A stretch of DNA of 64,000 bases from Burkholderiales bacterium. Lineage in GTDB: Bacteria > Pseudomonadota > Gammaproteobacteria > Burkholderiales > SG8-39. The DNA lies in the NCBI GenBank assembly GCA_046347635.1, contig JAXMFT010000008.1, positions 158,619 to 222,618 of the forward strand, in the 5' to 3' direction. A model generated the notes under the pieces. That model saw only the letters and a list, made by a program, of their open reading frames with translations, had not been told where the DNA came from and did not search any database. Shown here in pieces: positions 30,041 to 38,558 of the stretch. The position numbers and the translations under genes are program-made. How positions within the stretch are numbered: position 1 is the first letter of the stretch; the number at the start of each line of letters is the position of its first letter.

Positions 30041-31384
30041 TCAACCCCGCTGCGGGCGCGTCGCGGCGGCGCGATCGGCGGCGGCGGCGTCCATGATCTC
30101 GGGCAGGTCGGTCTCGGTGCCGATCTGCGGGAAGTGGCGCCGCTCCATGCGGCGGATCGCGAAGTGCATCCACAGCAGGTTGGTGCCGGCGATCGCGAAC
30201 AGCAGCATGAAGCAGCCGGTCCACACGCCGATCAGGTCGTTCATCAGGCCGAACGCGATCGGCAGGAAGAAGCCGCCGAGGCCGCCGATCATCCCCACCA
30301 CCCCGCCGACGCTGCCGACGTGGCGCGGGTAGTAGGTCGGGATGTGCTTGAACACCGCCGCCATGCCGAGCGCCATCACGAAGCCGAGGACGAAGAGCAC
30401 CGCCGCGCGCTGGCCGGGGCCCGGCGCGATGGTGAACTCGAGCGGCCCGCGGATCCCGCGCACGATGTAGTGCGTGTCGGGGTACGACAGCAGGAACAGG
30501 CAGACGAGGGAGACCGAGAAGGCGACGTACATCATCGTGCGGGCGCCGTAGCGGTCGGCGAGGGCGCCGCCGACCGCGCGGAACACCGCGGCGGTGAAGG
30601 CGAAGCTCGCCGTCAGCATGCCGGCGACGCGGATGTCGAGCTCGTAGGCGCCGACGTAGTAGCGCGGCAGCCACGAGGTGAGGGCGATGAAGCCGCCGAA
30701 GACCAGGAAATAGTAGATCGAGAAGCGCCACACCTGGAGGTTGCGCAGCGGCGCGAGCCGCTCGGCGATCGACGGCACCGGCGCGCCGGCGGCGCGCCGG
30801 GCGCGGGTCGCCGGGTCCTCCTGCGAGGCGAACCAGAACACGAGCGCCATGGCGAGCATCGCCACCGCGTACACCGTGGCCGCCTGCCGCCAGTCCATCA
30901 CCGCGAGCAGGAAGGGCGCGGCGAAGCTCGTGACCGACGCCCCCGCGTTGCCCATCCCGAACAGGCCGAGCGCGGTGCCGTGGCGCTCCTGCGGATACCA
31001 GGCGGTGACGTACACGACCCCGACGCTGAACGAGCCGCCCGCGAGCCCCAGGCCGAGCCCGATCAGGAGCAGCATCGGGTAGGAGCGCGCGTGGGGCAGC
31101 ACGAACGCGCACGCCGCCACCACCAGCATCAGCACCGTGTACACCCGCCGGCCGCCGAAGAGCTCCGACCAGATGCCGAGCAGCACGCGGCTGAGCGAGC
31201 CGGTGAGGATCGGGGTCGCGACCAGCAGGCCGAAGGCGGTCTGCGAGAAGCCGAGCTCGCGCTGCAGCTCGACGCCGATGATCGAGAAGATGACCCAGAC
31301 TGCGAAGCACACCGCCATCGCGACGGTGCTGAGCGCGAGCGCCCGGGCGCGCTGCCCCGGGCTGACGGTAGCGGCAGCTTCCAT
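30041..31384 (-). CDS. narK: MFS nitrate/nitrite transporter
   Basis: ATG 31384 (the track ORF starts further upstream with an Arg-rich extension). 447 aa, 12 TM helices. Lies directly upstream of narG. Confidence 0.85.
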   Translation of the reverse strand: MEAAATVSPGQRARALALSTVAMAVCFAVWVIFSIIGVELQRELGFSQTAFGLLVATPILTGSLSRVLLGIWSELFGGRRVYTVLMLVVAACAFVLPHARSYPMLLLIGLGLGLAGGSFSVGVVYVTAWYPQERHGTALGLFGMGNAGASVTSFAAPFLLAVMDWRQAATVYAVAMLAMALVFWFASQEDPATRARRAAGAPVPSIAERLAPLRNLQVWRFSIYYFLVFGGFIALTSWLPRYYVGAYELDIRVAGMLTASFAFTAAVFRAVGGALADRYGARTMMYVAFSVSLVCLFLLSYPDTHYIVRGIRGPLEFTIAPGPGQRAAVLFVLGFVMALGMAAVFKHIPTYYPRHVGSVGGVVGMIGGLGGFFLPIAFGLMNDLIGVWTGCFMLLFAIAGTNLLWMHFAIRRMERRHFPQIGTETDLPEIMDAAAADRAAATRPQRG

Positions 31385-31625
31385 GTCGGCAATCGGCTCC
31401 CGCGCGGCCGTCGCACCGGGCGGGATCGCCGCGCGCATCGAGCCAGCCGGTCGCCGGAGCGGGGCGATTGTACCAGCGCGCTTCTTCGGCCTGCCCCTGT
31501 TCGCCGCGATCGAGCGGCGTCGGCGGGACGCGACCGGCGTGCGCATCGCTCGCCGCGGATGCGCCGTGCAGCCGTGCACCGCGGCAGGCGGGTTCGGCGC
31601 CGGGGACGGGCGGGGCGAGGCCGAT

Positions 31626-31654
31626 TAGACAGTCGCGTTCCGGGGGGCTAGCAT
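31626..31654 (+). promoter_or_regulatory. Candidate sigma-70 promoter (TAGACA-N17-TAGCAT) for the PaaK-like gene
   Basis: -35 TAGACA (31626-31631), 17-nt spacer, -10 TAGCAT (31649-31654), about 130 nt upstream of ATG 31782. The -10 context GCTAGCATtGA recurs upstream of phaC and the phasin-like gene. Confidence 0.3.
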
Positions 31655-31781
31655 TGAGCGTCCGCGTGCGGGGCCAGGGCTCCCCGGCGCGCGCGACCGC
31701 GTGCTCCGCACCGGACGCCGCGGCGCGCAGCGCGTGCGGCGCGAGCAGCCGGCAGAGCTGCCGATCGGAGGATGGAATCGC

Positions 31782-33170
31782 ATGACGGACGCCCTGACCC
31801 ACGCCCTCGGTAAGCCGGCGCGCGAGAGCGGATTCTGGAACGAGCACATCGAGACCATGCCGCGCGCACGGCTCGACGCGCTGCACCTCGACCGGCTGCA
31901 GAAGCTGGTGCGCTACGCCTACGAGCGCAGCCCGTTCTACCGCCGCAAGTTCGACTCGATCGGGCTGCAGCCGCAGGACATCCGCAGCCTCGAGGACTTC
32001 AAGCGCAAGGTGCCGCTCACCGACAAGAGCGAATTCATCGACCTGCAGCGCGAGTCCCCGCCCTACGGGCCGAGCGCCGCGTTGCCCGCCGACTTCATCG
32101 TCCATCACTGCGAGACCTCGGGCTCCACCGGCAAGCCGCTCGCGATCCCGTACTCGCTGTACGACACGGTCCGCTACGGCGAGTCGTGGGCGTGCGGCTA
32201 CTGGGCGCTCGGCATCCGGCCCGCCGACACGTTCTACTTCGCCTTCGGCTGGGGGAACTTCGCCGGGTTCTGGAGCGCCTACTGGGGCGCGCGCCGCATC
32301 GGCTGCCGCGTCGTCTCGGGCGGCGGCCTGGACACCAAGGGCCACATCCAGGCGATCCTGCGCACGCGGCCCACGGTGCTCATCTCGACCCCGACCTTCG
32401 CGCTGCGCATGGCGGCGGTGGCGGCCGAGATGGGGGTCGACCTCGCGGCCTCCTCGATCAAGTTCACCTTCCACGCCGGCGAGCCCGGCCCGACCGCCCT
32501 GCCCGCGATGCGCCGCCAGATCGAGGAGGCGTGGGGCGCCCGGGCGGGCGAGCTGCTCGGCATCGCCGAAGTCGACGCCTTCGCGCCGAGCTGTCCGAAC
32601 GGCGACGGCGTGCACGTCAACGAGATCGACAACTTCACCTGGTCGATCGATCCGCGCACCCTGCGCGAGGTCGGCGACGGCGAGATCGGCGAGAACGTGA
32701 TCACCAGCTTCTCGAACACCGCCCAGCCGCTGCTCAACTACCGCAGTCACGACCTCGTGCGGCGGCGCTCGCGCTGCGCCTGCGGCCGCACCTGGGTCAA
32801 GTTCGAGGGGTCGGTGCTCGGGCGCACCGACTTCATGGTCACCGTGCGCGGCACCAACGTGTACCAGACCGCGGTCGAGCACCTGATCGGCGAGATTCCG
32901 GAGGTGAGCAATTGCTACGAGCTGGTGCTGACGCGCGAGGACGAGAACGACGTGATGACGATCCGCTTCGAGCCGGTCAAGGCGCTGGCGAACGACCGCG
33001 CGGCGTGGCGCGCGCTCGAGCGGCGGCTGGGCGAGCACATTCACCGCGCCCTGCACGTGCGTCTCGAGACCACGGCGGTGCCGCCGGAGAGCCTGCCGCG
33101 CTACGAGCTCAAGACCCGGCGCATCATCGACCAGCGGCCGCAGGAGTTCCGCCGCGCGCTCGACCGGTGA
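31782..33170 (+). CDS. Phenylacetate-CoA ligase (PaaK)/coenzyme F390 synthetase-family adenylate-forming enzyme
   Basis: ATG 31782 after GGAGGATGG, 462 aa. N-terminus …WNEHIETMPRARLDALHLDRLQKLVRYAYERSPFYRRKF and AMP-motif ETSGSTGKPL. Confidence 0.8.
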   Translation: MTDALTHALGKPARESGFWNEHIETMPRARLDALHLDRLQKLVRYAYERSPFYRRKFDSIGLQPQDIRSLEDFKRKVPLTDKSEFIDLQRESPPYGPSAALPADFIVHHCETSGSTGKPLAIPYSLYDTVRYGESWACGYWALGIRPADTFYFAFGWGNFAGFWSAYWGARRIGCRVVSGGGLDTKGHIQAILRTRPTVLISTPTFALRMAAVAAEMGVDLAASSIKFTFHAGEPGPTALPAMRRQIEEAWGARAGELLGIAEVDAFAPSCPNGDGVHVNEIDNFTWSIDPRTLREVGDGEIGENVITSFSNTAQPLLNYRSHDLVRRRSRCACGRTWVKFEGSVLGRTDFMVTVRGTNVYQTAVEHLIGEIPEVSNCYELVLTREDENDVMTIRFEPVKALANDRAAWRALERRLGEHIHRALHVRLETTAVPPESLPRYELKTRRIIDQRPQEFRRALDR

Positions 33171-33181
33171 GGGGGAATCCG

Positions 33182-33382
33182 ATGCGCATGGAGGAGCGGA
33201 TCGCGAAGGTGCAGGCCGCGCGCGCCCTGATCCAGGCGGCGATGGCGGAGTGCGAGGCGCCGCAGATCGAGACGATGCTGCGCAACGCCGACATGGAGCT
33301 GCACTGGGCGCTGTGGAACCTCGGCGTCCCGGTCGAGCTGCGGCCCGAGATGGAGTACCCGCAGGCGGATGGGCCGCGCTGA
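33182..33382 (+). CDS. Hypothetical 66-aa protein
   Basis: ATG 33182 lies 12 nt after the ligase stop. High third-position GC. No family recognised. Confidence 0.4.
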   Translation: MRMEERIAKVQAARALIQAAMAECEAPQIETMLRNADMELHWALWNLGVPVELRPEMEYPQADGPR

Positions 33383-33525
33383 AGCGGCGCGCGGACCGGC
33401 GATGCCCTGGAGGACCTTCCGTCCCTGGCGGACGCGGCGGTGCGACGGGCGAGCGCCGGGCGCAGGAGCGTCGGATCGGCAGGCGCTAGGAATCACCGCC
33501 GCGCTCCGCAACGGGGCCGCGATGG

Positions 33526-34479
33526 CTACGGCAGCCGCACGCCGAAGGCCCGGCGCAGCATCGCGACCAGGCCGTGCCGGAAGGTCACGACCAGGACGAT
33601 CATGAGCACGCCGTAGACCAGCACGTTCAGGCGTCCGAGCGGACGCACGAGCTCGTCGAGGACGGTGAACAGGACGCCGCCGAGCACCGGCCCGAGCAGG
33701 GTGCCCATCCCGCCGAGGAGCAGGGTGACCAGGACGACGATGTCCACGCTGACGAGCGAGTACACGGTCGGGCTGATGAACCCCCCGTAGTAGGCGTAGA
33801 GGGCGCCGACCGCGCCGATCAGCGCCGAGCCGATCGTCGCCGCGAGGACCTTGTAGAAGGTCACGTCGATCCCGGCCAGCGCGGCGGCGAGCTCGTCGTC
33901 GGCGATCGCCTGGAAGGCCTTCCCTGCGCGGGAGCGCAGCAGCAGGTGGTACAGGACCAGCGACAGGACCAGGACGCCGAGCAGCACGTAGTAGCTCGCC
34001 GGGGCGCTCGTGAGCATCCCGGGCGCGATCCCCTTCGTCTCGATGCCCGTCTCGCCGTTGGTCAGCTCGCGCAGCCCGAGGACGAGGTTGTGGAAGATCA
34101 TCGAGAAGACGAGCGTGACGATCCCGACGAAGATCACGCCGAGTCCCCGGCGCACCGAGACGTAGCTGAACACGCCTCCGAGCAGCATCGCCAGGGCGAT
34201 GCCGAGCGGAATCGTCAGCCACGGCGACCACCCGAGCTTGAGGGTCAGCACGACCGAGACGTACCCGGACGCGCCGGCGAGCGCCCCCACGCACAGGAAG
34301 AGCTGCCGGGTGTGCCCGAAGATGATGTTGAACGCCACGGCGTACACCATGTAGATCAGCATCAGCGTGGCGATGCGCATGTAATGGCCGCTGTCCCCGG
34401 CGACGAGGGGGACGAGCGCCAGCACGACGGCCGTGGCGGCGAGCGCGATCGGGTCGGCGCGGGGGCGGCCGTGGGTCAT
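33526..34479 (-). CDS. livM: Branched-chain amino acid-type ABC transporter permease (LivM-like)
   Basis: ATG 34479 (ATGA overlap with livH stop), 317 aa, polytopic. LivM-like motifs (…NIIFGHTRQLFLCVGALAG…). Confidence 0.85.
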   Translation of the reverse strand: MTHGRPRADPIALAATAVVLALVPLVAGDSGHYMRIATLMLIYMVYAVAFNIIFGHTRQLFLCVGALAGASGYVSVVLTLKLGWSPWLTIPLGIALAMLLGGVFSYVSVRRGLGVIFVGIVTLVFSMIFHNLVLGLRELTNGETGIETKGIAPGMLTSAPASYYVLLGVLVLSLVLYHLLLRSRAGKAFQAIADDELAAALAGIDVTFYKVLAATIGSALIGAVGALYAYYGGFISPTVYSLVSVDIVVLVTLLLGGMGTLLGPVLGGVLFTVLDELVRPLGRLNVLVYGVLMIVLVVTFRHGLVAMLRRAFGVRLP

Positions 34480-35333
34480 GTCCGGTGCGCGAACAGCCCC
34501 TGGGGCCGGAGCAGAATGGTGAACGCCGCGGTGGCGAGCAGGATGAGCAGCGTGAGGTACGCGCCGACGTAGTAGCTCGCGAACGCGTTCACGATCCCGA
34601 GCAGCACGCCCGCCACCAGCGTCCCGTTGATGCTCCGGACGCCCCCGACGACGGCGACGATCAGCGCGAAACTGGTGAGCTCGTTGCCCATCTCGGTCCC
34701 CACCGACGAGAACAGGCCCTGCGCGATCGCGCCCAGCCCGGCCATCATTGCGCTCAGGACGACGATCAGGGTGCGGATCCGCGCCGGGTTGATCCCGCAC
34801 AGTCCGGCGCCCACCTCGTTCTGGATGATCGAGCGGATGACCTTGCCGAGCAGCGTTCCCCGGAGAAAGGCGTAGAGCAGCGCGAAGGCGACGAGCGCGA
34901 TCAGGGCGGCGACGGCGCTCGCGGTCCGGATGGTGATGCCGCCCACGCTGAACGACGGCACGGGCAGGCTGAGCGTGAGCGCGACGTCCGCGTACCTGTA
35001 GTCGAGGAACCCGTTGACGACGAACGAGAGGCCGAGGGTGATCAGCAGCCCGAGCAGCAGCCGCTCCTCGCCCGCGGACCGGTATGCGGGGAGGAGCAGG
35101 GTCCGGTCGACGACCAGCCCGAACACCCCCGCGGTCAGCACCCCGAGGCCGCACGCCGCCCACGGGTTCAGGCCCTCGCCGAGGAGGAGCGCGGCGGCGA
35201 TGCCGCCCACGACGGCGAACTGCCCGTGCGCGAGGTTCAGCACCCCGCCGAGACCGAAGATCAGGGTGATTCCCACCGCCATCAGCGAGAGCTGGAGCCC
35301 TTGCACGATTCCGTCCAGGAGGATGGCCAGCAC
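34476..35333 (-). CDS. livH: Branched-chain amino acid-type ABC transporter permease (LivH-like)
   Basis: 285 aa. MLAILLDGIVQGLQLSLMAVGITLIFGLGGVLNLAHGQF… is a typical LivH N-terminus. Confidence 0.85.
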   Translation of the reverse strand: MLAILLDGIVQGLQLSLMAVGITLIFGLGGVLNLAHGQFAVVGGIAAALLLGEGLNPWAACGLGVLTAGVFGLVVDRTLLLPAYRSAGEERLLLGLLITLGLSFVVNGFLDYRYADVALTLSLPVPSFSVGGITIRTASAVAALIALVAFALLYAFLRGTLLGKVIRSIIQNEVGAGLCGINPARIRTLIVVLSAMMAGLGAIAQGLFSSVGTEMGNELTSFALIVAVVGGVRSINGTLVAGVLLGIVNAFASYYVGAYLTLLILLATAAFTILLRPQGLFAHRT

Positions 35334-35336
35334 CGC

Positions 35337-36047
35337 TCAGGCCACTCCCAGGTAGGACTTCTGAATCGCGGGGTCGCCGAGCAGGTCCGGCGACCTGCCG
35401 GACAGGCGGATGCGCCCGTTCTCGAGCACGTAGGCGCGTTCGGTGAACGACAGCGCGTGCGGCACCTGCTGCTCGGCGAGCAGGATGGTGAGCCCCTCGC
35501 GCTTGAGCCGCGCGAGCTGCCGGTACATCTCGGCCACGAAGAATGGGGCGAGCCCGGTGGAGGGCTCGTCGAGCAGCAGGATGCGGGGGCGCGCCATGAG
35601 GCCCCGGCCGATGGCGAGCATCTGCTGCTCGCCGCCGCTCAGGGTTCCCGCCATCTGCCTTCTCCGCTCCTGCAGCCGCGGGAACAGGCCGAGGACGAAG
35701 CGCAGGCGCTCGGCGCGCGACCGGTAGTGCGCGTACGCGCCGAGCTCGAGGTTCTCGAGCACGCTCATCTGCGGGAAGAGCTCGCGCTCCGCGGGCACGT
35801 AGACCACGCCCCGCTTGACGGTCTCGTGGTGGCGCAGTCCGTCGATCCGCTCGCCCCGGTACCGGACCTCGCCGCCGCGCGGGCTGAGCACTCCGGCGAT
35901 CGCCTTGAACAGCGTGGTCTTGCCCGCGCCGTTCGGGCCGATGACCGCCACCGCCTCGCCTTCGTGGACGTCGAGGCTCACGCCCCGCACCACGGGGATC
36001 TCAGCGTAAGCGACCTCGAGCCCGGCGACCGCGACGAGCGCGCTCAC
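35337..36047 (-). CDS. livF: ABC transporter ATP-binding protein (LivF-like)
   Basis: 236 aa. Walker A GPNGAGKTT, signature LSGGEQQM, Walker B LLLDEPS. Confidence 0.9.
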   Translation of the reverse strand: MSALVAVAGLEVAYAEIPVVRGVSLDVHEGEAVAVIGPNGAGKTTLFKAIAGVLSPRGGEVRYRGERIDGLRHHETVKRGVVYVPAERELFPQMSVLENLELGAYAHYRSRAERLRFVLGLFPRLQERRRQMAGTLSGGEQQMLAIGRGLMARPRILLLDEPSTGLAPFFVAEMYRQLARLKREGLTILLAEQQVPHALSFTERAYVLENGRIRLSGRSPDLLGDPAIQKSYLGVA

Positions 36048-36790
36048 TCGGCCCGGCCCAGGTACGCGTCGATCACCGCCTGGTCCCGGGCCACCTCCGC
36101 GGGCGTGCCCACGGCGATCGCCTGTCCGAAGTTGAGCACCAGGACCCGTTCGGCCACGCCCATGATCGCCTTCATCACGTGCTCGACCCAGATGATGGCG
36201 ACGCCCAGCTCGTCGCGGATGCGCCGGATCAGGCTCATGGCCCGCTCCATCTCGGCGGGATTGAGTCCGCTCATCGCCTCGTCGAGCAGCAGCAGGTCGG
36301 GCCGCGCCGCCAGGGCGCGCGCGAGCTCGAGCATCCGCTTCTCCTGCAGCGTGAGCCCGGCGAGCGGCAGATCCTTCTTGTCGAGCAGGCCGAGGAGCTC
36401 GAGCAGGAACTCGGGGTCGTCGCGCCCGGAGGCGCGCGCCCGCGCCCGCTCCCGCCCGGCGAACAGCGCGCCGACCGCGACGTTCTCGCGCACGCTCATG
36501 CTGGGAAAGGAGCGGGGGGTCTGCAGCACCCGCGCGATTCCCCGCCGCGCGATCTCGTGGGGTCCCAGCCCCGTGAGGTCGCGCCCCTGGAAGAGCACCC
36601 TGCCGCGGCTCGGGCGGAAGAGGCCGCTGACGAGGTTCAGCAGCGTGGACTTGCCCGCGCCGTTCGGGCCGATGAGGCCGAGGATCTCGCCGCGCGCCAC
36701 CGCGAAGGTGACCTCCTGCAGCGCGGGCAGTCCTCCGAAGTACCGTGTCAGGCCTTCCGTCTCGAGCAGCGCCTCAGTCCTTGGGGACAT
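36044..36790 (-). CDS. livG: ABC transporter ATP-binding protein (LivG-like)
   Basis: 248 aa. Walker A GPNGAGKST, Walker B LLLLDEAMSG, LivG-type C-terminal extension. Confidence 0.9.
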   Translation of the reverse strand: MSPRTEALLETEGLTRYFGGLPALQEVTFAVARGEILGLIGPNGAGKSTLLNLVSGLFRPSRGRVLFQGRDLTGLGPHEIARRGIARVLQTPRSFPSMSVRENVAVGALFAGRERARARASGRDDPEFLLELLGLLDKKDLPLAGLTLQEKRMLELARALAARPDLLLLDEAMSGLNPAEMERAMSLIRRIRDELGVAIIWVEHVMKAIMGVAERVLVLNFGQAIAVGTPAEVARDQAVIDAYLGRAE

Positions 36791-37964
36791 ACGGCTGCAC
36801 CGGGGGCGAGCGGAAGATCACCTTCGGCCGCCAGTTCGCCCCGGCGTTGACCGCCCCGGGATCGCCCTTCTCGTAGGTGTAGAGCAGCGGCTTCGCCGCC
36901 TTCATCTCGCCCCACTCGGTGTACGACAGCGGCCAGCCGTAGCCCGGCTGATCGAACGTCCCCTTGCGGATCGCGTCGGCCACGACCTTCGGGTCGGCGG
37001 ACTTGGCCCGCTGGACGGCGTCGGCGACCATCCTGACCATCACGTAGCCGGAGAAGGCGTTGTTGTCGAGCAGGCGCTTGTACGCCTTGTTGTACTTCTC
37101 GGCCAGCTGCCTGTACGCCGGGCTCTCGAAATCGACGCAGCTGTAGTCGACGAACTGCCCGAACATCGACTCGCCGACCCGCTGCACCATGAACTCGGTC
37201 GGATACCACGGTCCGATGATGAGCGCCTTCATCCCGAGCTCGATCGCCTGGCGGGTGATGGTCGGTGCGCCCGGGGGATGGCCGATGGCGACGATCACTT
37301 CGGGATTCAGGCCCTGGAGCTTGCGCAGGTACGGCGTGAAATCCTTCTCGGGCACCGGCGCGACCTCCATCTGCAGCGTGACGCCGGAGAGCGGCTTGAT
37401 CTGGACGTCGACCGCCTCGCGCACCGAGTGGCCCCACGCGTAGTCGGCGACGATCGCGCCCACCCGGGTGTACTTCCGCTCCCTGATCATGGCGGCGATC
37501 GACTCGATGTCCTCGGGCGCCGGCGGCAGGCAGGTGCGGAACGTGAACCGGCTGTCCTTCCGCAGGATCTGGTGCGAGCCGGACATGGTCAGGAAGTACG
37601 GGATGCGCAGGGACTCGGCCTCGCGGCCGAGGGCGAGCCCGACGTCGCTCGAGATCACCCCGCCGGCCGCGACGATGCCTTCGCGCTCGGCCAGGTAGCG
37701 GAACGCGGTGATGCCTTCGTTCGGGTTGTTCTTGTCGTCGCGCTCGACCACTTCGAGCTTGCGCCCGAGGACGCCGCCCTTCTCGTTGATCTCGTCGACG
37801 GCCATCTTCATCCCGTCGCGCACCTGGATGCCCCAGGGCGTGAAAGGCCCGCTCAACGAGGTCACCATGCCGAACTTGATCGTCCCCTGCGCCTGGAGCG
37901 CGCCGGGCAGCGCGATCGCCGCCGACGCCGCGAGGCACAGCACCGTGAATCGCATCCTCAGCAT
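36774..37964 (-). CDS. ABC transporter periplasmic substrate-binding protein (LivK/type-I PBP family)
   Basis: ATG 37964 preceded by AAGGAGGAGG. Signal peptide MLRMRFTVLCLAASAAIALPGALQA, then GTIKFGMVTSLSGPF…. Confidence 0.85.
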   Translation of the reverse strand: MLRMRFTVLCLAASAAIALPGALQAQGTIKFGMVTSLSGPFTPWGIQVRDGMKMAVDEINEKGGVLGRKLEVVERDDKNNPNEGITAFRYLAEREGIVAAGGVISSDVGLALGREAESLRIPYFLTMSGSHQILRKDSRFTFRTCLPPAPEDIESIAAMIRERKYTRVGAIVADYAWGHSVREAVDVQIKPLSGVTLQMEVAPVPEKDFTPYLRKLQGLNPEVIVAIGHPPGAPTITRQAIELGMKALIIGPWYPTEFMVQRVGESMFGQFVDYSCVDFESPAYRQLAEKYNKAYKRLLDNNAFSGYVMVRMVADAVQRAKSADPKVVADAIRKGTFDQPGYGWPLSYTEWGEMKAAKPLLYTYEKGDPGAVNAGANWRPKVIFRSPPVQPYVPKD

Positions 37965-38109
37965 TGCACACCTCCTCCTTTGATCGGACACTCGGACTGC
38001 GCTCGCGTCCCGCTCTCCGGGTCTCGACGCTGCGAGCGCGACGGTCGATCGCTCGCGCGCACATACTCCCGTGCACCGTGTTCCCGGCGCTGGAGGAAGC
38101 AGCGCGTTT

Positions 38110-38138
38110 ACTCTAATTAGGCACCAGGGGAGAGTCAA
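38110..38138 (-). promoter_or_regulatory. Candidate sigma-70 promoter for the liv-type operon
   Basis: The minus strand reads TTGACT-N17-TAGAGT inside the only AT-richer island of the 590-bp intergenic region, about 145 nt upstream of ATG 37964. Confidence 0.35.
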
Positions 38139-38494
38139 GGACGCGAGTATGGGAATGCGCGCAGCGCGCTCCGCTGCGCCTCGCGATGCCGTCGCGCAGG
38201 GACCGTTTCCGCGGCCGGCCCGGGGCGCGCGCTCCGGGCGCGGGTCTCCGGTCGTCGAACGCCTCGCACGCCACGGCCGTCTGGTTGCGGTCGGGCGGCC
38301 GTGCGATCTCCGGCGTCGTGAACCTCGCGCACGCGGCGCGGTCCGAGTGAGATCATCGCGCCGGACCCGCCCGGTCCGCTGCGCGGGGCGCTGCAAGCGA
38401 CCGGCGCGCCGGAGCAGGGCCCTGGCCGTTCCCGGGCCCGCGCACCGGCGGTGCCCGGGTCCGGCGCGGAAACACCGCGATTCGGGGCGCGTGC

Positions 38495-38523
38495 TTAGCG
38501 GCCGCGCGCCGCGTCGCTAGCAT
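38495..38523 (+). promoter_or_regulatory. Candidate promoter of phaC (TTAGCG-N17-TAGCAT) containing the shared GTCGCTAGCATCGA motif
   Basis: -10 TAGCAT at 38518-38523, 36 nt upstream of ATG 38559. The 14-nt GTCGCTAGCATCGA (38513-38526) is identical to 41511-41524. Confidence 0.3.
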
Positions 38524-38558
38524 CGAGTCGGTGCGCGCGACGGACGAAGGGAGCCTCC

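Noticed and set aside
26222-31651. 1809-aa ORF on the plus strand
   Set aside because: It is antisense to narG and narK. The translation is dominated by R/A/G/V/D/H runs with no recognisable domain, and the opposite strand encodes unmistakable NarG and NarK.
31385-31781. Search for FNR (TTGAT-N4-ATCAA) and NarL heptamer sites upstream of narK
   Set aside because: The nearest candidates (TCGATcgcgGCGAA on the narK-sense strand, TACCAGC) deviate too much from consensus to be reported as sites.
24645-33056. 2803-aa ORF on the minus strand, the longest in the track
   Set aside because: Only its last 520 codons (NarH, 24645-26207) look like protein. Upstream it runs out of frame through narG and narK and antisense through the PaaK-like gene, with Arg/Ala/Gly/Pro-rich low-complexity translation. 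It is a stop-free frame caused by the very high GC content.
34485-38120. 1211-aa ORF on the plus strand
   Set aside because: It is antisense to the five liv-type ABC genes, with low-complexity composition. The minus strand carries the Walker motifs and permease sequences.
38071-38520. 149-aa ORF in the long livK-like/phaC intergenic region
   Set aside because: The translation is Arg-rich (about one residue in four is Arg). There is no RBS and no family resemblance. It is a typical GC-driven spurious ORF.
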